Positions 10,330 to 19,640 of a DNA stretch of 53,996 nucleotides are shown here, in pieces; position 1 is the stretch's first letter; the number at the start of each line of letters is the position of its first letter. The notes below the pieces were generated by a model that was given only the letters and a program-made list of their open reading frames with translations, searched no databases and was not told the origin of the DNA. The DNA lies in the NCBI GenBank assembly GCA_001399795.1, contig LIHK01000010.1:1-53996 (forward strand), in the 5' to 3' direction. The stretch comes from Candidatus Bathyarchaeota archaeon BA2. GTDB taxonomy: Archaea > Thermoproteota > Bathyarchaeia > Bathyarchaeales > Bathyarchaeaceae. The translations under genes and the position numbers were made by a program.

Positions 10330-11706
10330 ATGGCAACCATTAGGGAGGTTCCGGGCAAGGTTAGCCGATTTGAGAGAATTGGCGCCCACACCCATGTAAA
10401 GGGACTGGGTCTCGACGAGAATCTGAATGCGATTAAGGTAAAGGATGGGATGGTGGGACAGGAAAAGGCCAGGGAAGCAGCAGGACTAGTTGTCAAGATA
10501 ATAAGGGAGGGAAAGCTCAGCGGCAAGTGCATTATTTTGGCCGGTCCACCTGGAACGGGCAAAACAGCCATAGCGGTAGGAGTTTCCAGGGAGTTGGGTG
10601 CCAACGTTCCCTTCATACAGATGAGTGGAAGCGAAATCTACAGCAGCGAACGGAAGAAGACGGAGGTGTTGATTGAGGCCATTCGGAAGTGCATAGGCGT
10701 GGAAGTCCATGAGATGCGGAAAGTCTACGAGGGAGAGGTTACCAACGTGGACATAGTGACGGCTCCTCATCCCTACAACCCCTACCAGAAGGTTCCTGAA
10801 AGCATTCGACTGACACTGAAAACGACGAAGCAGGAGAAAACCATCGAGGCTGGGGAAACCATAGCTCAGCAGATAATACAGCAGAATATTTCAGAGGGAA
10901 ATGTTGTGCAGATCGACGCCGAAACTGGCAGGGTGGTAAACCTTGGCTTGAGTCTTGAGAGTGCAAAGGGCAAGAAGTATGATGTGGACACGCGTCTCAA
11001 GGTACCTCGCCCCGACGGCGAAGTTTTGAAGGAAAGGGAGTTTGTCTACATGCTCACAGTGGCTGATATTGATGAACTTAACGCCAGAAGTCGAGCTGGA
11101 GGAGGTTTCTTATCCATGTTTTTCGGAGCAACCGAAACAAAGGAAATTGACACTGAAATACGTTCAGCCGTGGATGAACAGGTGAAGAAACTGGTTGACG
11201 AGGGTAAAGGCTTCATCCATCCGGGCGTGTTATTCATAGATGACTCCCACCTCTTAGACTTAGAAGCCTTTAGCTTTCTAGGTCGAGCCATGGAAAGCGA
11301 ACTTGTGCTTATCATCATCCTCGCTACAAACAGAGGCGTAGCACGGATCAGAGGAACCGACGTGAAAAGTCCACTAGGCTTCCCACTGGACCTCATAGAC
11401 AGAGCTGTAATCATCGCAACCCACGAGTACGATCAAGAAAGCATCAAGGAGATACTGCGCATACGATCTGAGGAGGAGAAGGTCCAGATAAACAAAGAAG
11501 CCCTAGAAAAACTCACAGAGGTTGGAACGAAAAGCTCCCTCAGATATTCTGTTCAACTGCTTAGCTTAGCAGCCCAAAACGCTAAAGCAATGAAACGGGA
11601 AAAAGTAGACGTTGAAGACGTGGAAAGGGTTGACAAGCTTTTCATGGATGTCGGAGAAGCCGCGGAACACCTTAAAAAATACGAAGAAAAAATGATGCTT
11701 CATTAG
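10330..11706 (+). CDS. TIP49/RuvB-like AAA+ protein
   Basis: RIGAHTHVKGLGLD, GPPGTGKTA, ILATNRG, SLRYSVQL; ATG at 10330 preferred over upstream TTG. Confidence 0.93.
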   Translation: MATIREVPGKVSRFERIGAHTHVKGLGLDENLNAIKVKDGMVGQEKAREAAGLVVKIIREGKLSGKCIILAGPPGTGKTAIAVGVSRELGANVPFIQMSGSEIYSSERKKTEVLIEAIRKCIGVEVHEMRKVYEGEVTNVDIVTAPHPYNPYQKVPESIRLTLKTTKQEKTIEAGETIAQQIIQQNISEGNVVQIDAETGRVVNLGLSLESAKGKKYDVDTRLKVPRPDGEVLKEREFVYMLTVADIDELNARSRAGGGFLSMFFGATETKEIDTEIRSAVDEQVKKLVDEGKGFIHPGVLFIDDSHLLDLEAFSFLGRAMESELVLIIILATNRGVARIRGTDVKSPLGFPLDLIDRAVIIATHEYDQESIKEILRIRSEEEKVQINKEALEKLTEVGTKSSLRYSVQLLSLAAQNAKAMKREKVDVEDVERVDKLFMDVGEAAEHLKKYEEKMMLH

Positions 11707-11844
11707 GTTAAACAGGTCTTAATCTGTTAGCAAGGCATGCTGAAGTGGTTATCCTCTTTCATAGATAAACCTAAAAGCATCGCCGCTGTAACTGATCTTT
11801 ATCATTAATGAACAAGCTTAGATGCTATTCTTAACGACATCAGG

Positions 11845-12693
11845 TTGAGGAAAATGGGAAAACCGAGCGGGTTCTTGCGAATAATCAGACCGTTAAACTG
11901 CTTGATGATGGGTTTTGCGGTGATTGTGGGTGCTTCGCTGGTTTCCTCCCTTAACTTTTCGATCAACCTTCTCTTGGGGTTTATAACGTCGTTTACGTTG
12001 ACAGGGGCTTCCATGGCGATAAACGATTACTATGACCGACAGATTGACGCCATAAACGAGCCGAATCGTCCAATCCCGAGCGGCGCAGTTAGCCCAAAAG
12101 AGGCGCTGTTCTTCGCCCTTGTTTTAAGCATAATAGGGTTCATAGCAGCCTTTGGAACCAATGTGCCATGCCTTATAGTCGCAGCAATCGCATGGATTGT
12201 ATCTATGACCTATGTTACTAAGGGAAAACAAACAGGGCTTCCCGGAAATTTCTTAGTCAGCACCTGTGTCGTGATTCCCTTCATTTACGGGGGTTTCGTG
12301 GTGGAGAAACTTGAGTTGTCCATCGTGATTTTTGCGGCTATTGCCTTTCTCTCAAACACTGGCAGAGAGATCACGAAAGGAATAGTTGACGTTAGGGGAG
12401 ACACTTATCGAAATATTAGAACGATTGCGGTAATGTATGGAGAGAAAGATGCAGCGTTCGCGTCTTCGATTTTCTTTGTTTCGGCGGTGGGTTTAAGCCC
12501 CTTTCCATGGTTGTGGGGACTCGTTTCCAACTGGTTCCTTCCCCTAGTTATTCTAACAGACATTGGACTAGTCGTTTCTTCCATTTTGCTCATGCGAGAC
12601 TATTCTGAGGATAACGCTAGGAAAGTGAAGAACCTAATCTTAGTGTGGTTTATAACTGGACTATTAGCTTTCCTTGCAGGTACCATTGGCTGA
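11845..12693 (+). CDS. Digeranylgeranylglyceryl phosphate synthase (UbiA family)
   Basis: RPLNC, NDYYDRQIDAINEPNRPIPSG, REITKGIVDVRGD. Confidence 0.88.
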   Translation: MRKMGKPSGFLRIIRPLNCLMMGFAVIVGASLVSSLNFSINLLLGFITSFTLTGASMAINDYYDRQIDAINEPNRPIPSGAVSPKEALFFALVLSIIGFIAAFGTNVPCLIVAAIAWIVSMTYVTKGKQTGLPGNFLVSTCVVIPFIYGGFVVEKLELSIVIFAAIAFLSNTGREITKGIVDVRGDTYRNIRTIAVMYGEKDAAFASSIFFVSAVGLSPFPWLWGLVSNWFLPLVILTDIGLVVSSILLMRDYSEDNARKVKNLILVWFITGLLAFLAGTIG

Positions 12694-12715
12694 AAAACCG
12701 AAATGCAAAACAGTC

Positions 12716-13042
12716 TTATCTGATCTTGCTTCCTACCTCGACATCCTTCTCAGGCTTTAACAAAACGACGTTACCCTTATCGTCTTCCGCGGCGAGTACC
12801 ATGCACTGGGATTCCACACCCATGAATTTTCTTCTCTGCAAGTTCAAGACGAAAGCGTATTTTTTGTCCGTCAGCTCTTCTGGTTTGTAGTATTGTAGCA
12901 GTCCAGCCACAGACTGCCTCTTCTCGAAACCAAAATCAACTATCATCTTGATCAGGTTTCTTGATTCAGCGATTTGCTGGGCTTCAACGACTTTGCCAAC
13001 CCTCATGTCAAGTTTTAGAAACTCGTCAAACGGTATTTCCAT
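12716..13042 (-). CDS. tRNA-binding OB-fold protein (MetRS C-terminal/Trbp111/CsaA family)
   Basis: FDEFLKLDMRVGKV, NLQRRKFMGVESQCMVLAA. Confidence 0.9.
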   Translation of the reverse strand: MEIPFDEFLKLDMRVGKVVEAQQIAESRNLIKMIVDFGFEKRQSVAGLLQYYKPEELTDKKYAFVLNLQRRKFMGVESQCMVLAAEDDKGNVVLLKPEKDVEVGSKIR

Positions 13043-13184
13043 TTATGATCACCAACGATTATTTCCCTTCCATGCCTAGAGATTTTAAGCTTTGCCTTGG
13101 AGCTGAAGACTCGTGCTTCAATAACACCTAATTATACAGAAGCTTAATTAAAGCATCACGGCTTATGTTTTCTAGGATTAGCTC

Positions 13185-13988
13185 ATGGACATAGTGAGTG
13201 TGCTTACTCAGGCTTTAGAAAAAGCTAACAAGGCAAGAAGCATAAAACCTGAAAGTGAAGCGTATGCTTCAGCCCTTCGCTGGGAGTTCTATGCTTCATT
13301 ACAGAATCTACTTGATGGCCTGGCAATGATTGTCGCTGACTTGGGGCTTAGGAAACCTGGCATGTATTCCGAGCTTGGGAGCGTTTTACGCGAGCACGGC
13401 GTTTTGACAAATGAAGAAGAACAGCACATCAAAATTATTGCAAGGGCAAGAAACACTTTGGCCCACGCCTACCGTCGACTTGAGGTCGGCGACCTCTCAA
13501 GCATAGAACGCGAGATTCTACCCCTAGCCGAAACAATATCAAGGAAGCTTATAGGTTACACTACTAAAACGGGACTTGACCCAGAACACAAGAGCAACAC
13601 AGAAGACCTGAGAATTAAGCTTGAACCACTTTTCAAGAAGCATAAAGTTGCGTTGGCGTATCTGTTCGGAAGCAGGTCTAGAGGGACGGCTAAAAGAAAA
13701 AGCGACTACGACTTTGCGATTCTCTTTGAAAATGATGTCGATATTCTAAGCGAGATAAAACTGTCATTGGACATAGCGGAGGCTTTAAACACACCGCCTG
13801 AAATGGTGGATGTTGCAGCTTTAAACAAGGCGGACACAGCCCTGAAGTATAGGATACTTAAGGAAGGAAGACCCGTCTACTGGGCGAGCCGGAAGCTTAA
13901 GGATAGATGGGAACGCACAACATACCTTCAATTGCTCGAACTGAGAGAACTCTATAACGTGTTCCTTAAGAAACTAAAAATTGGTTGA
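13185..13988 (+). CDS. HEPN (DUF86)-MNT nucleotidyltransferase fusion protein
   Basis: N-terminal RNTLAHAY (RX4HXY); C-terminal YLFGSRSRGTAKRKSDYD...VDV in one reading frame. Confidence 0.85.
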   Translation: MDIVSVLTQALEKANKARSIKPESEAYASALRWEFYASLQNLLDGLAMIVADLGLRKPGMYSELGSVLREHGVLTNEEEQHIKIIARARNTLAHAYRRLEVGDLSSIEREILPLAETISRKLIGYTTKTGLDPEHKSNTEDLRIKLEPLFKKHKVALAYLFGSRSRGTAKRKSDYDFAILFENDVDILSEIKLSLDIAEALNTPPEMVDVAALNKADTALKYRILKEGRPVYWASRKLKDRWERTTYLQLLELRELYNVFLKKLKIG

Positions 13989-14341
13989 GGCACTAACTCC
14001 ACCGCCAAACGCGCGTGGTCTGTCACAAATAGCGAGCACATTTTTGAAAATGGCTAATTTGATGTTGATTTGTAAAAAATTGATTTTTCATAGTCGCGTA
14101 GAACCCGCCATTTCGCCTGGTTCGGTGTTTCAGTTCAGAAGCGCTAAACACGATGAAACATTAGCGTCAGCATTGGCGGCTTTGGAGCTTTACGCAATCG
14201 GATCTTACAAGCCTCACGGCTGCGGACAAGTGGTTATTGAAAAACCGTGGTAACTTTTAAGCGCGCGACATACATGAAAATTTCCGAGACGCCGAGACTT
14301 CGTCAACGCGTTCGGGTGTGTGAAAATACTTATATGTATCG

Positions 14342-14373
14342 TTTACAAACAAATGTAAACAGTTGTTTGTAAA
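14342..14373. promoter_or_regulatory. 11-bp-arm inverted repeat, probable operator
   Basis: TTTACAAACAA-N10-TTGTTTGTAAA ending at the ATG of the UPF0175 gene. Confidence 0.6.
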
Positions 14374-14678
14374 TGACCGAAGTCATATCCACACGCATTC
14401 CAGACGAAGTAGCTAAAGATCTACGAGAAATTGAAAAAGAAGAGAAAACCGACCGAGCCACAGTGATCAGGAAACTTTTGGCAAAAGCCATCGAACAATG
14501 GAAGATGGATCATGCCTTAAGGCTTTATCAGGAAGGAAAAGTGACATTATGGCGCGCGGCGAGGATGGCGGGCGTCACCATCAGGGAGATGATGGAACAA
14601 GCAGCCAAACAAAGAGTCCAGTTCAAATACACCGAGAAAGACCTCGAAGAAGACATCAAAGCAGCCCTAACGGAGTAA
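14373..14678 (+). CDS. UPF0175-family antitoxin-like protein (RHH + HTH), no adjacent toxin
   Basis: ISTRIPDEV...ALRLYQEGKVTLWRAARMAGV. Confidence 0.8.
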   Translation: MTEVISTRIPDEVAKDLREIEKEEKTDRATVIRKLLAKAIEQWKMDHALRLYQEGKVTLWRAARMAGVTIREMMEQAAKQRVQFKYTEKDLEEDIKAALTE

Positions 14679-14713
14679 ACCGAGCCAATTGCCCGTTTCA
14701 AACGCCTCACCCC

Positions 14714-15007
14714 TCATCTATCTTTGACCGTGCCCCAAACCGCTCTTAAATTTACCCCAAAGTACTCGTGGATTAATTTATCTCTCATTCTAGCCATATC
14801 TCTCCAAGGTATCTGCGGATAGCGGTTCTTCACTAATTCTGGTATCTTTTTCACCGCTTCTCCAATAATTTCTATAGCTCTTATAACGGCATAAACAGTT
14901 TTTCTGTCTTTAAGAAAATCGTCGTATTCCATGCCTTCTACAAAACTCATAGCATCATTCATAGCCTCGATTACATCTTCTATGTAATCCAAAAATTCCT
15001 CTTTCAT
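14714..15007 (-). CDS. HEPN/DUF86 toxin, possibly C-terminally shortened
   Basis: AVIRAIEIIGEA, PWRDMARMRDKLIHEYFGV. Confidence 0.88.
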   Translation of the reverse strand: MKEEFLDYIEDVIEAMNDAMSFVEGMEYDDFLKDRKTVYAVIRAIEIIGEAVKKIPELVKNRYPQIPWRDMARMRDKLIHEYFGVNLRAVWGTVKDR

Positions 15008-15303
15008 ACGTTTACAACTTCTTTCAAGATGTGTTTGCCTATCCTTGGCTTTAAGGCGCTTTTCTCAACTAAATCAACTTTAACCCCTAGAGAGTCACTC
15101 AAATAATTTTCTAGGGCAATGAACTTTAGAAGGCTTATTGGCTCCTCAAACTCCACTAAAATATCAAGATCACTCTTTTCCTTCTCCTGCCCCTTTATAT
15201 AAGAGCCAAAAAGCCCAATAGTTTTCACTTTGAATTCCCCCTTCATTACTGGCTTAAGCTCTACTAGTTTCCTTCTTATCTCTTCTAGTTCCATGTTCAT
15301 CAT
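15004..15303 (-). CDS. MNT nucleotidyltransferase antitoxin
   Basis: LFGSYIKGQEKEKSDLDILVEF, VKVDLV; ATGA overlap with the HEPN gene. Confidence 0.9.
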   Translation of the reverse strand: MMNMELEEIRRKLVELKPVMKGEFKVKTIGLFGSYIKGQEKEKSDLDILVEFEEPISLLKFIALENYLSDSLGVKVDLVEKSALKPRIGKHILKEVVNV

Positions 15304-15465
15304 TATTATTTTTATTTCAACGCTTTTATCTTTACCTACGAATTTTTGAAGGACCTATCGCAGGTTTTTCTCAGTCTTGAAGAGAAGAGGTATATACTCT
15401 TGATGGCATTCTAGAAACTCGGTTAGTTATTTATGACATGAAGTGCACGTAGGCATCTATCAGGT

Positions 15466-15867
15466 TTAGAGCATTAACGGCAATCCTTTAATCAACTTTC
15501 CTGTGGTTGGATCTACTTTAAACCCCATCTGCTCTAGGGCTACCACCCCAATGAGGGGAGTCGTGTCCTTGGGTCTCACCATCATATAACTTATAGCGGT
15601 TCTGTCCTCGATTTGTGCCACGCCAGCAACGAGCCTCACTTTCTCTTTTCCAGCCGCGACTTCAGCTTCACCCTCTCCCATGATTGGCAGGCCCAAATCC
15701 TCAACCAAATTATCTGGAAGAGCTGGAAATGTTGCACCGGTATCTACAAGGGCTTCGAGGTCAACCTTTCTAACGTTCTTTAAGTCACGTTTCCCTTGAA
15801 CATACTCTATATATTCAAACGGGTTATAGAACGTTGCCTCCACGTGAGTGTGACCCATGGTATTCAC
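15466..15867 (-). CDS. Clan AA (retroviral-like) aspartic protease
   Basis: ALVDTGAT, PLIGVVALEQMGFKVDP. Confidence 0.85.
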   Translation of the reverse strand: MNTMGHTHVEATFYNPFEYIEYVQGKRDLKNVRKVDLEALVDTGATFPALPDNLVEDLGLPIMGEGEAEVAAGKEKVRLVAGVAQIEDRTAISYMMVRPKDTTPLIGVVALEQMGFKVDPTTGKLIKGLPLML

Positions 15868-15939
15868 CTAAATAAATATTCTGCGAAGCATGTATAAACC
15901 TTTTAGAGAAGTTGTCTCTGAAATTCGAGAAGTGATAAC

Positions 15940-17133
15940 ATGAGAACACTGGTTTTGGGTGTGGGAAAGCAGGGATCAGTTTTAGTCAGGGATTTAATCG
16001 AAAGCCGTGACGTGTCAGAGGTCGTTGCCGGTGACATAGACATCCAGAGACTGAAGCAGTGCATAGACAAGCTTGCAAGCGAAAAAGTAAGAGCGGAAAA
16101 AATCGACGTAAAGGATCACGCAAAACTGGTTAAGCTAATGAAAGAAGGCTTCAACGTTGTTGCAAACGCGCTTCCATGGACATACCGCCTCGACGTAGCC
16201 AAAGCAGCCATAGAGGCATGTGTAAACTATGTTGATTTGGGTCCATCTCCAGAAGTATTCCAACTCAACGAAGACGCCAAAGCTGCTGGCGTAACCGTCA
16301 TACCATCATGCGGACTGGACCCAGGCATCGACAGCGTACTGGAGGGATACGGAGCAAGGAAACTTGACAAAGTTGAAAAAATTCACATGTGGTGCGGCGG
16401 AATCCCCCAGAAGAACACCCCTGCCTACAACAACCCCTTACGATACAAAATAACATGGTGGTGGGAAGGAACCGTATCCACCTACTGCGGAACCACGAAA
16501 ATCCTCCGCGACGGCAAAATAGTTGAAGTAGAAAAACTAGCCAGTTCTGAAATCATCAGATTCCCAGAGCCCATAGGAAGATGCGAAGCCTTCTACAGCG
16601 GAGCGCCACTTCTCCTCATAAAGCACCTCGGCCTCAAAGATGTCAAAGAAGCATGGTCTAAGACTGTACGCTGGCTAGGACACTGCGAAATCTGGAGAAA
16701 GCTAATTGACCTGGGTCTTACAAGAACCGATTTAAACCTTAAAATAAGGGAATGCGAAATCACACCCCGAGAATTCCTGATTGAACTGGGGGAGAAAACC
16801 CTCCAATATGAGGAGGGGGAGGGAGACCTCGTGGTTCAGAGGGTTCACGTGATTGGAGAAAAAAATGGAGAGAAGACAACGTATTCCTACAAGTTCATGG
16901 ACTTTTACGACGAAGAAAACGGCATAACCGCCATGGCCCGCACAACATCCTACCCATGCTCCATAGTAACCCAAATGATCGCCCGCGGCGAAATCAAAGA
17001 AAAAGGCGTAATACACGCCGGGGAAATCGGATGGCATCCTCAACTCGCCAAGTCATTCCTCTCTGAGCTAAAAAAGAGAAACATCCGCATCCATGAAACA
17101 GTGCTACACACCAGCAAACTTCAACAAAAGTGA
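15940..17133 (+). CDS. Saccharopine dehydrogenase-like oxidoreductase
   Basis: GVGKQG Rossmann motif, CGLDPG, WCGGIPQ, AMARTT. Confidence 0.85.
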   Translation: MRTLVLGVGKQGSVLVRDLIESRDVSEVVAGDIDIQRLKQCIDKLASEKVRAEKIDVKDHAKLVKLMKEGFNVVANALPWTYRLDVAKAAIEACVNYVDLGPSPEVFQLNEDAKAAGVTVIPSCGLDPGIDSVLEGYGARKLDKVEKIHMWCGGIPQKNTPAYNNPLRYKITWWWEGTVSTYCGTTKILRDGKIVEVEKLASSEIIRFPEPIGRCEAFYSGAPLLLIKHLGLKDVKEAWSKTVRWLGHCEIWRKLIDLGLTRTDLNLKIRECEITPREFLIELGEKTLQYEEGEGDLVVQRVHVIGEKNGEKTTYSYKFMDFYDEENGITAMARTTSYPCSIVTQMIARGEIKEKGVIHAGEIGWHPQLAKSFLSELKKRNIRIHETVLHTSKLQQK

Positions 17134-17205
17134 CCGCAAGTGGCAGAAAGAATGTTGAAAGTATAAATAGGGGGGCTATATACAGTTCGACACTCAGCTG
17201 GTCTA

Positions 17206-18060
17206 GTGTTCTCAATGCCCAGAGTTGCCATTGTAAAGGGAACAAAAACCCAGGACATGACAGTTAAATCCTTAAAAATGGTAAACGCAGATAAAGCCCT
17301 CCCTAAGAAAAAGCCCATTCTGATAAAGCCCAACTACATAAACGCAAGCCACCCATCAACAGGAATCACAACCGACAGCAGAGTCATCGAGGGCATAGTC
17401 AAATTCCTGAAGCAACACAACGCAGAAGAAATTATAATCGGCGAAGGAAGCGGATTCGCAGACACCCTTGAAGCCTTCCAAGTCGCTGGCGTCGACGCCG
17501 TGGCAGAAACGTGGAACGTAAAACTCGTAGACCTTAACAAAGACGAATTCGTCGAGGTTAGTCCTCCAAATCCTCTGGCCTTGAAAAGGGTGAAGATAGC
17601 TAAAACCGCCATAGAAAGCACAATCATCAGCGTTCCAAAACTTAAGCCCCACAGGCTGGCCACCGTCACCTTGAGCCTAAAAAACATGATGGGAGCAGTG
17701 ACTCCGAAGGGGTCCATACACCGCCCTTTAAGCGAAAAAATCGTTGACCTAGCTTCAATAATAAAACCAAGCGTGGCAGTCATAGACGGAATAATCGCCG
17801 GGGAAGGCCACGAGACAAGTGGAAACCCTGTGGAGATGAACCTAGTCATTGCAGGAACAGACCCGGTTGCCGTAGACGCCGTTGGCGCGGCTGTAATGGG
17901 CATACCTCCAGGAAGCGTCAAACACCTACGCTTGGCTGAGGAGAGAGGTCTTGGAACATGCAATCTAAATGAGATAACCGTGCTAGGCGAACCCATAGAG
18001 AAGGTGAAGAAGAAGTTTAAAACATCCTTCCTATCTAGATTCCTTGCTCATTTAGGTTAG
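17206..18060 (+). CDS. DUF362 family protein
   Basis: ILIKPN, IGEGS, PKLKPH, TLSLKNMMG, DPVAVD. Confidence 0.85.
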   Translation: MFSMPRVAIVKGTKTQDMTVKSLKMVNADKALPKKKPILIKPNYINASHPSTGITTDSRVIEGIVKFLKQHNAEEIIIGEGSGFADTLEAFQVAGVDAVAETWNVKLVDLNKDEFVEVSPPNPLALKRVKIAKTAIESTIISVPKLKPHRLATVTLSLKNMMGAVTPKGSIHRPLSEKIVDLASIIKPSVAVIDGIIAGEGHETSGNPVEMNLVIAGTDPVAVDAVGAAVMGIPPGSVKHLRLAEERGLGTCNLNEITVLGEPIEKVKKKFKTSFLSRFLAHLG

Positions 18061-18061
18061 C

Positions 18062-18745
18062 GTGCGGAAGATTAATTATTCGGATTTCGGTCTCTGTAGC
18101 GTTATGGAAATACTGAGCTTCATTGCGACCATTATTTTTGTGACGGCTTCAGGGGCATTAGCTCCGGGTCCTCTCTTTTTCGCCGCTATTTCACATGGTG
18201 CTAAGTCAGGGGCTAGGGGTGGTCTCGCTTTTTCTATAGGACACACTTTGGTCGAGTTTCCTCTTGTCGTTATACTAGCCCTTGGTCTTTTAATTGTTGC
18301 GAGAGAGCCCGCTGTACAGGTTTCAATAGGAGTTGTGGGAGGGCTAGCCCTTCTGGTTTTTGGTGCTATGCAGATTCGTGACTGCTTTAAGTTCAGATTT
18401 AATCAGCCTAGATCCAGCGGAATAGCATCTCGGAATCCCTTGCTTGTAGGGCTAACCTTTACAGGCTTAAACCCCTTTTTTATCCTTTGGTGGCTCACTG
18501 TTGGAGGAGATCTCATTCTTGACTCTCTAACAATTGCATGGCTACCCGGCGTTATACTCATGTATGTTAGCCACGTATGGATGGATTACGCTTGGCTTAC
18601 AGCCGTTGCTCATTTCGCCCGTGTAGGGACAAACGTGGTAGGCACCAAATGGTATAGGATTGTCATGATATTGTTCGGACCCGCCCTAATTTGCTTTGGG
18701 TTGCTAGGTTTATACCAAGCTCATCTCTCTTTGTCAACTCCCTAA
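18062..18745 (+). CDS. LysE-family translocator (start may be ATG at 18104)
   Basis: SGALAPGPLF, GHTLVE, NPFFILWWLTVG. Confidence 0.85.
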   Translation: MRKINYSDFGLCSVMEILSFIATIIFVTASGALAPGPLFFAAISHGAKSGARGGLAFSIGHTLVEFPLVVILALGLLIVAREPAVQVSIGVVGGLALLVFGAMQIRDCFKFRFNQPRSSGIASRNPLLVGLTFTGLNPFFILWWLTVGGDLILDSLTIAWLPGVILMYVSHVWMDYAWLTAVAHFARVGTNVVGTKWYRIVMILFGPALICFGLLGLYQAHLSLSTP

Positions 18746-18853
18746 GCTTTAAGGACTCCAAATTAACAGAAATTAAGTGTTAAAAATTTAGTGAATGGCG
18801 ATGGCAATATTTTAATTTCGGTTTTCCACTTTCCATAAGGAGGAGGCTGGTAA

Positions 18854-19168
18854 ATGTCCGAGCGAAGACGAAGAAGACGGTTTTTCGACCTCTCCGGCTT
18901 TGACGAAGAAGATTTTCTGTTTGGGCGAGAACCCGCCGAGGGCGGGTCCGGGTATTCCATTTCTGTAACGTATGATGAAAAGGGCAAACCCGTGGTTCAA
19001 GTCAAGACTTATGGGGATGTAGACATGGCGGAATTGCGTAGGGACATAGAGCAGCGGTATCCAGGGGCTAAGATTGAGGGGTTGGAGAAAAAACCCTTGA
19101 TTAGGATAGTTGATGAAGAAGAGAAGGAAAAAGCCAAGGACGATGAAGAGGCTTCAATGGGAAGTTAA
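18854..19168 (+). CDS. Hypothetical protein
   Basis: GGAGG RBS, ATG, plausible codon usage. Confidence 0.65.
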   Translation: MSERRRRRRFFDLSGFDEEDFLFGREPAEGGSGYSISVTYDEKGKPVVQVKTYGDVDMAELRRDIEQRYPGAKIEGLEKKPLIRIVDEEEKEKAKDDEEASMGS

Positions 19169-19360
19169 AAACTGAACTCTGATTTGGCTAAACGTGTCCT
19201 AAAATTGTATGCGGACTCTAACTTTCAGCCTTCAACCCAGAAATCAGATATGAGATATGAGGTTAGACCTACGTAAATCATCTTTATATACTTACCTCTT
19301 TTCGGAAATAATACGACTTTTTAATGGCGACGCCGACAATTATTTTGTTAGGGATAAAAT

Positions 19361-19585
19361 ATGCGCAAAATAGAAGGGGAGAAAAGGGCACTCTATCCGC
19401 CCCCAGTACCGAGAAGGCCGGAAAGGCCTGAGGAAGGGAGGTGGCCGTTGCCAACCCCGCTGCCTATAGTTCCACCACAAGACATCGGCAAAGTGCTCAA
19501 ACAAATATTAAACAGACTTGACGCTATAGAAAAGCGACTGGAAAGAATAGAAAAATTGTTGGCGGAAAAAAGGTCTCTCCTATAA
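19361..19585 (+). CDS. Small Pro-rich/coiled-coil hypothetical protein
   Basis: ATG ORF with heptad ILNRLDAIEKRLERIEKLL. Confidence 0.6.
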   Translation: MRKIEGEKRALYPPPVPRRPERPEEGRWPLPTPLPIVPPQDIGKVLKQILNRLDAIEKRLERIEKLLAEKRSLL

Positions 19586-19640
19586 AAGATAAAAGATGCA
19601 GAACTCGCGGGGAACAGAAACAGCGTTGTATTATCCTCTA

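Noticed and set aside
13981-14253. 90-aa TTG-start ORF after the HEPN-MNT fusion
   Set aside because: No recognisable motif or start signal; may be a remnant but cannot be supported.
17334-17996. Long antisense ORFs (also 4611-5066, 22258-22857, 50757-51487)
   Set aside because: Shadows of well-supported genes on the opposite strand.
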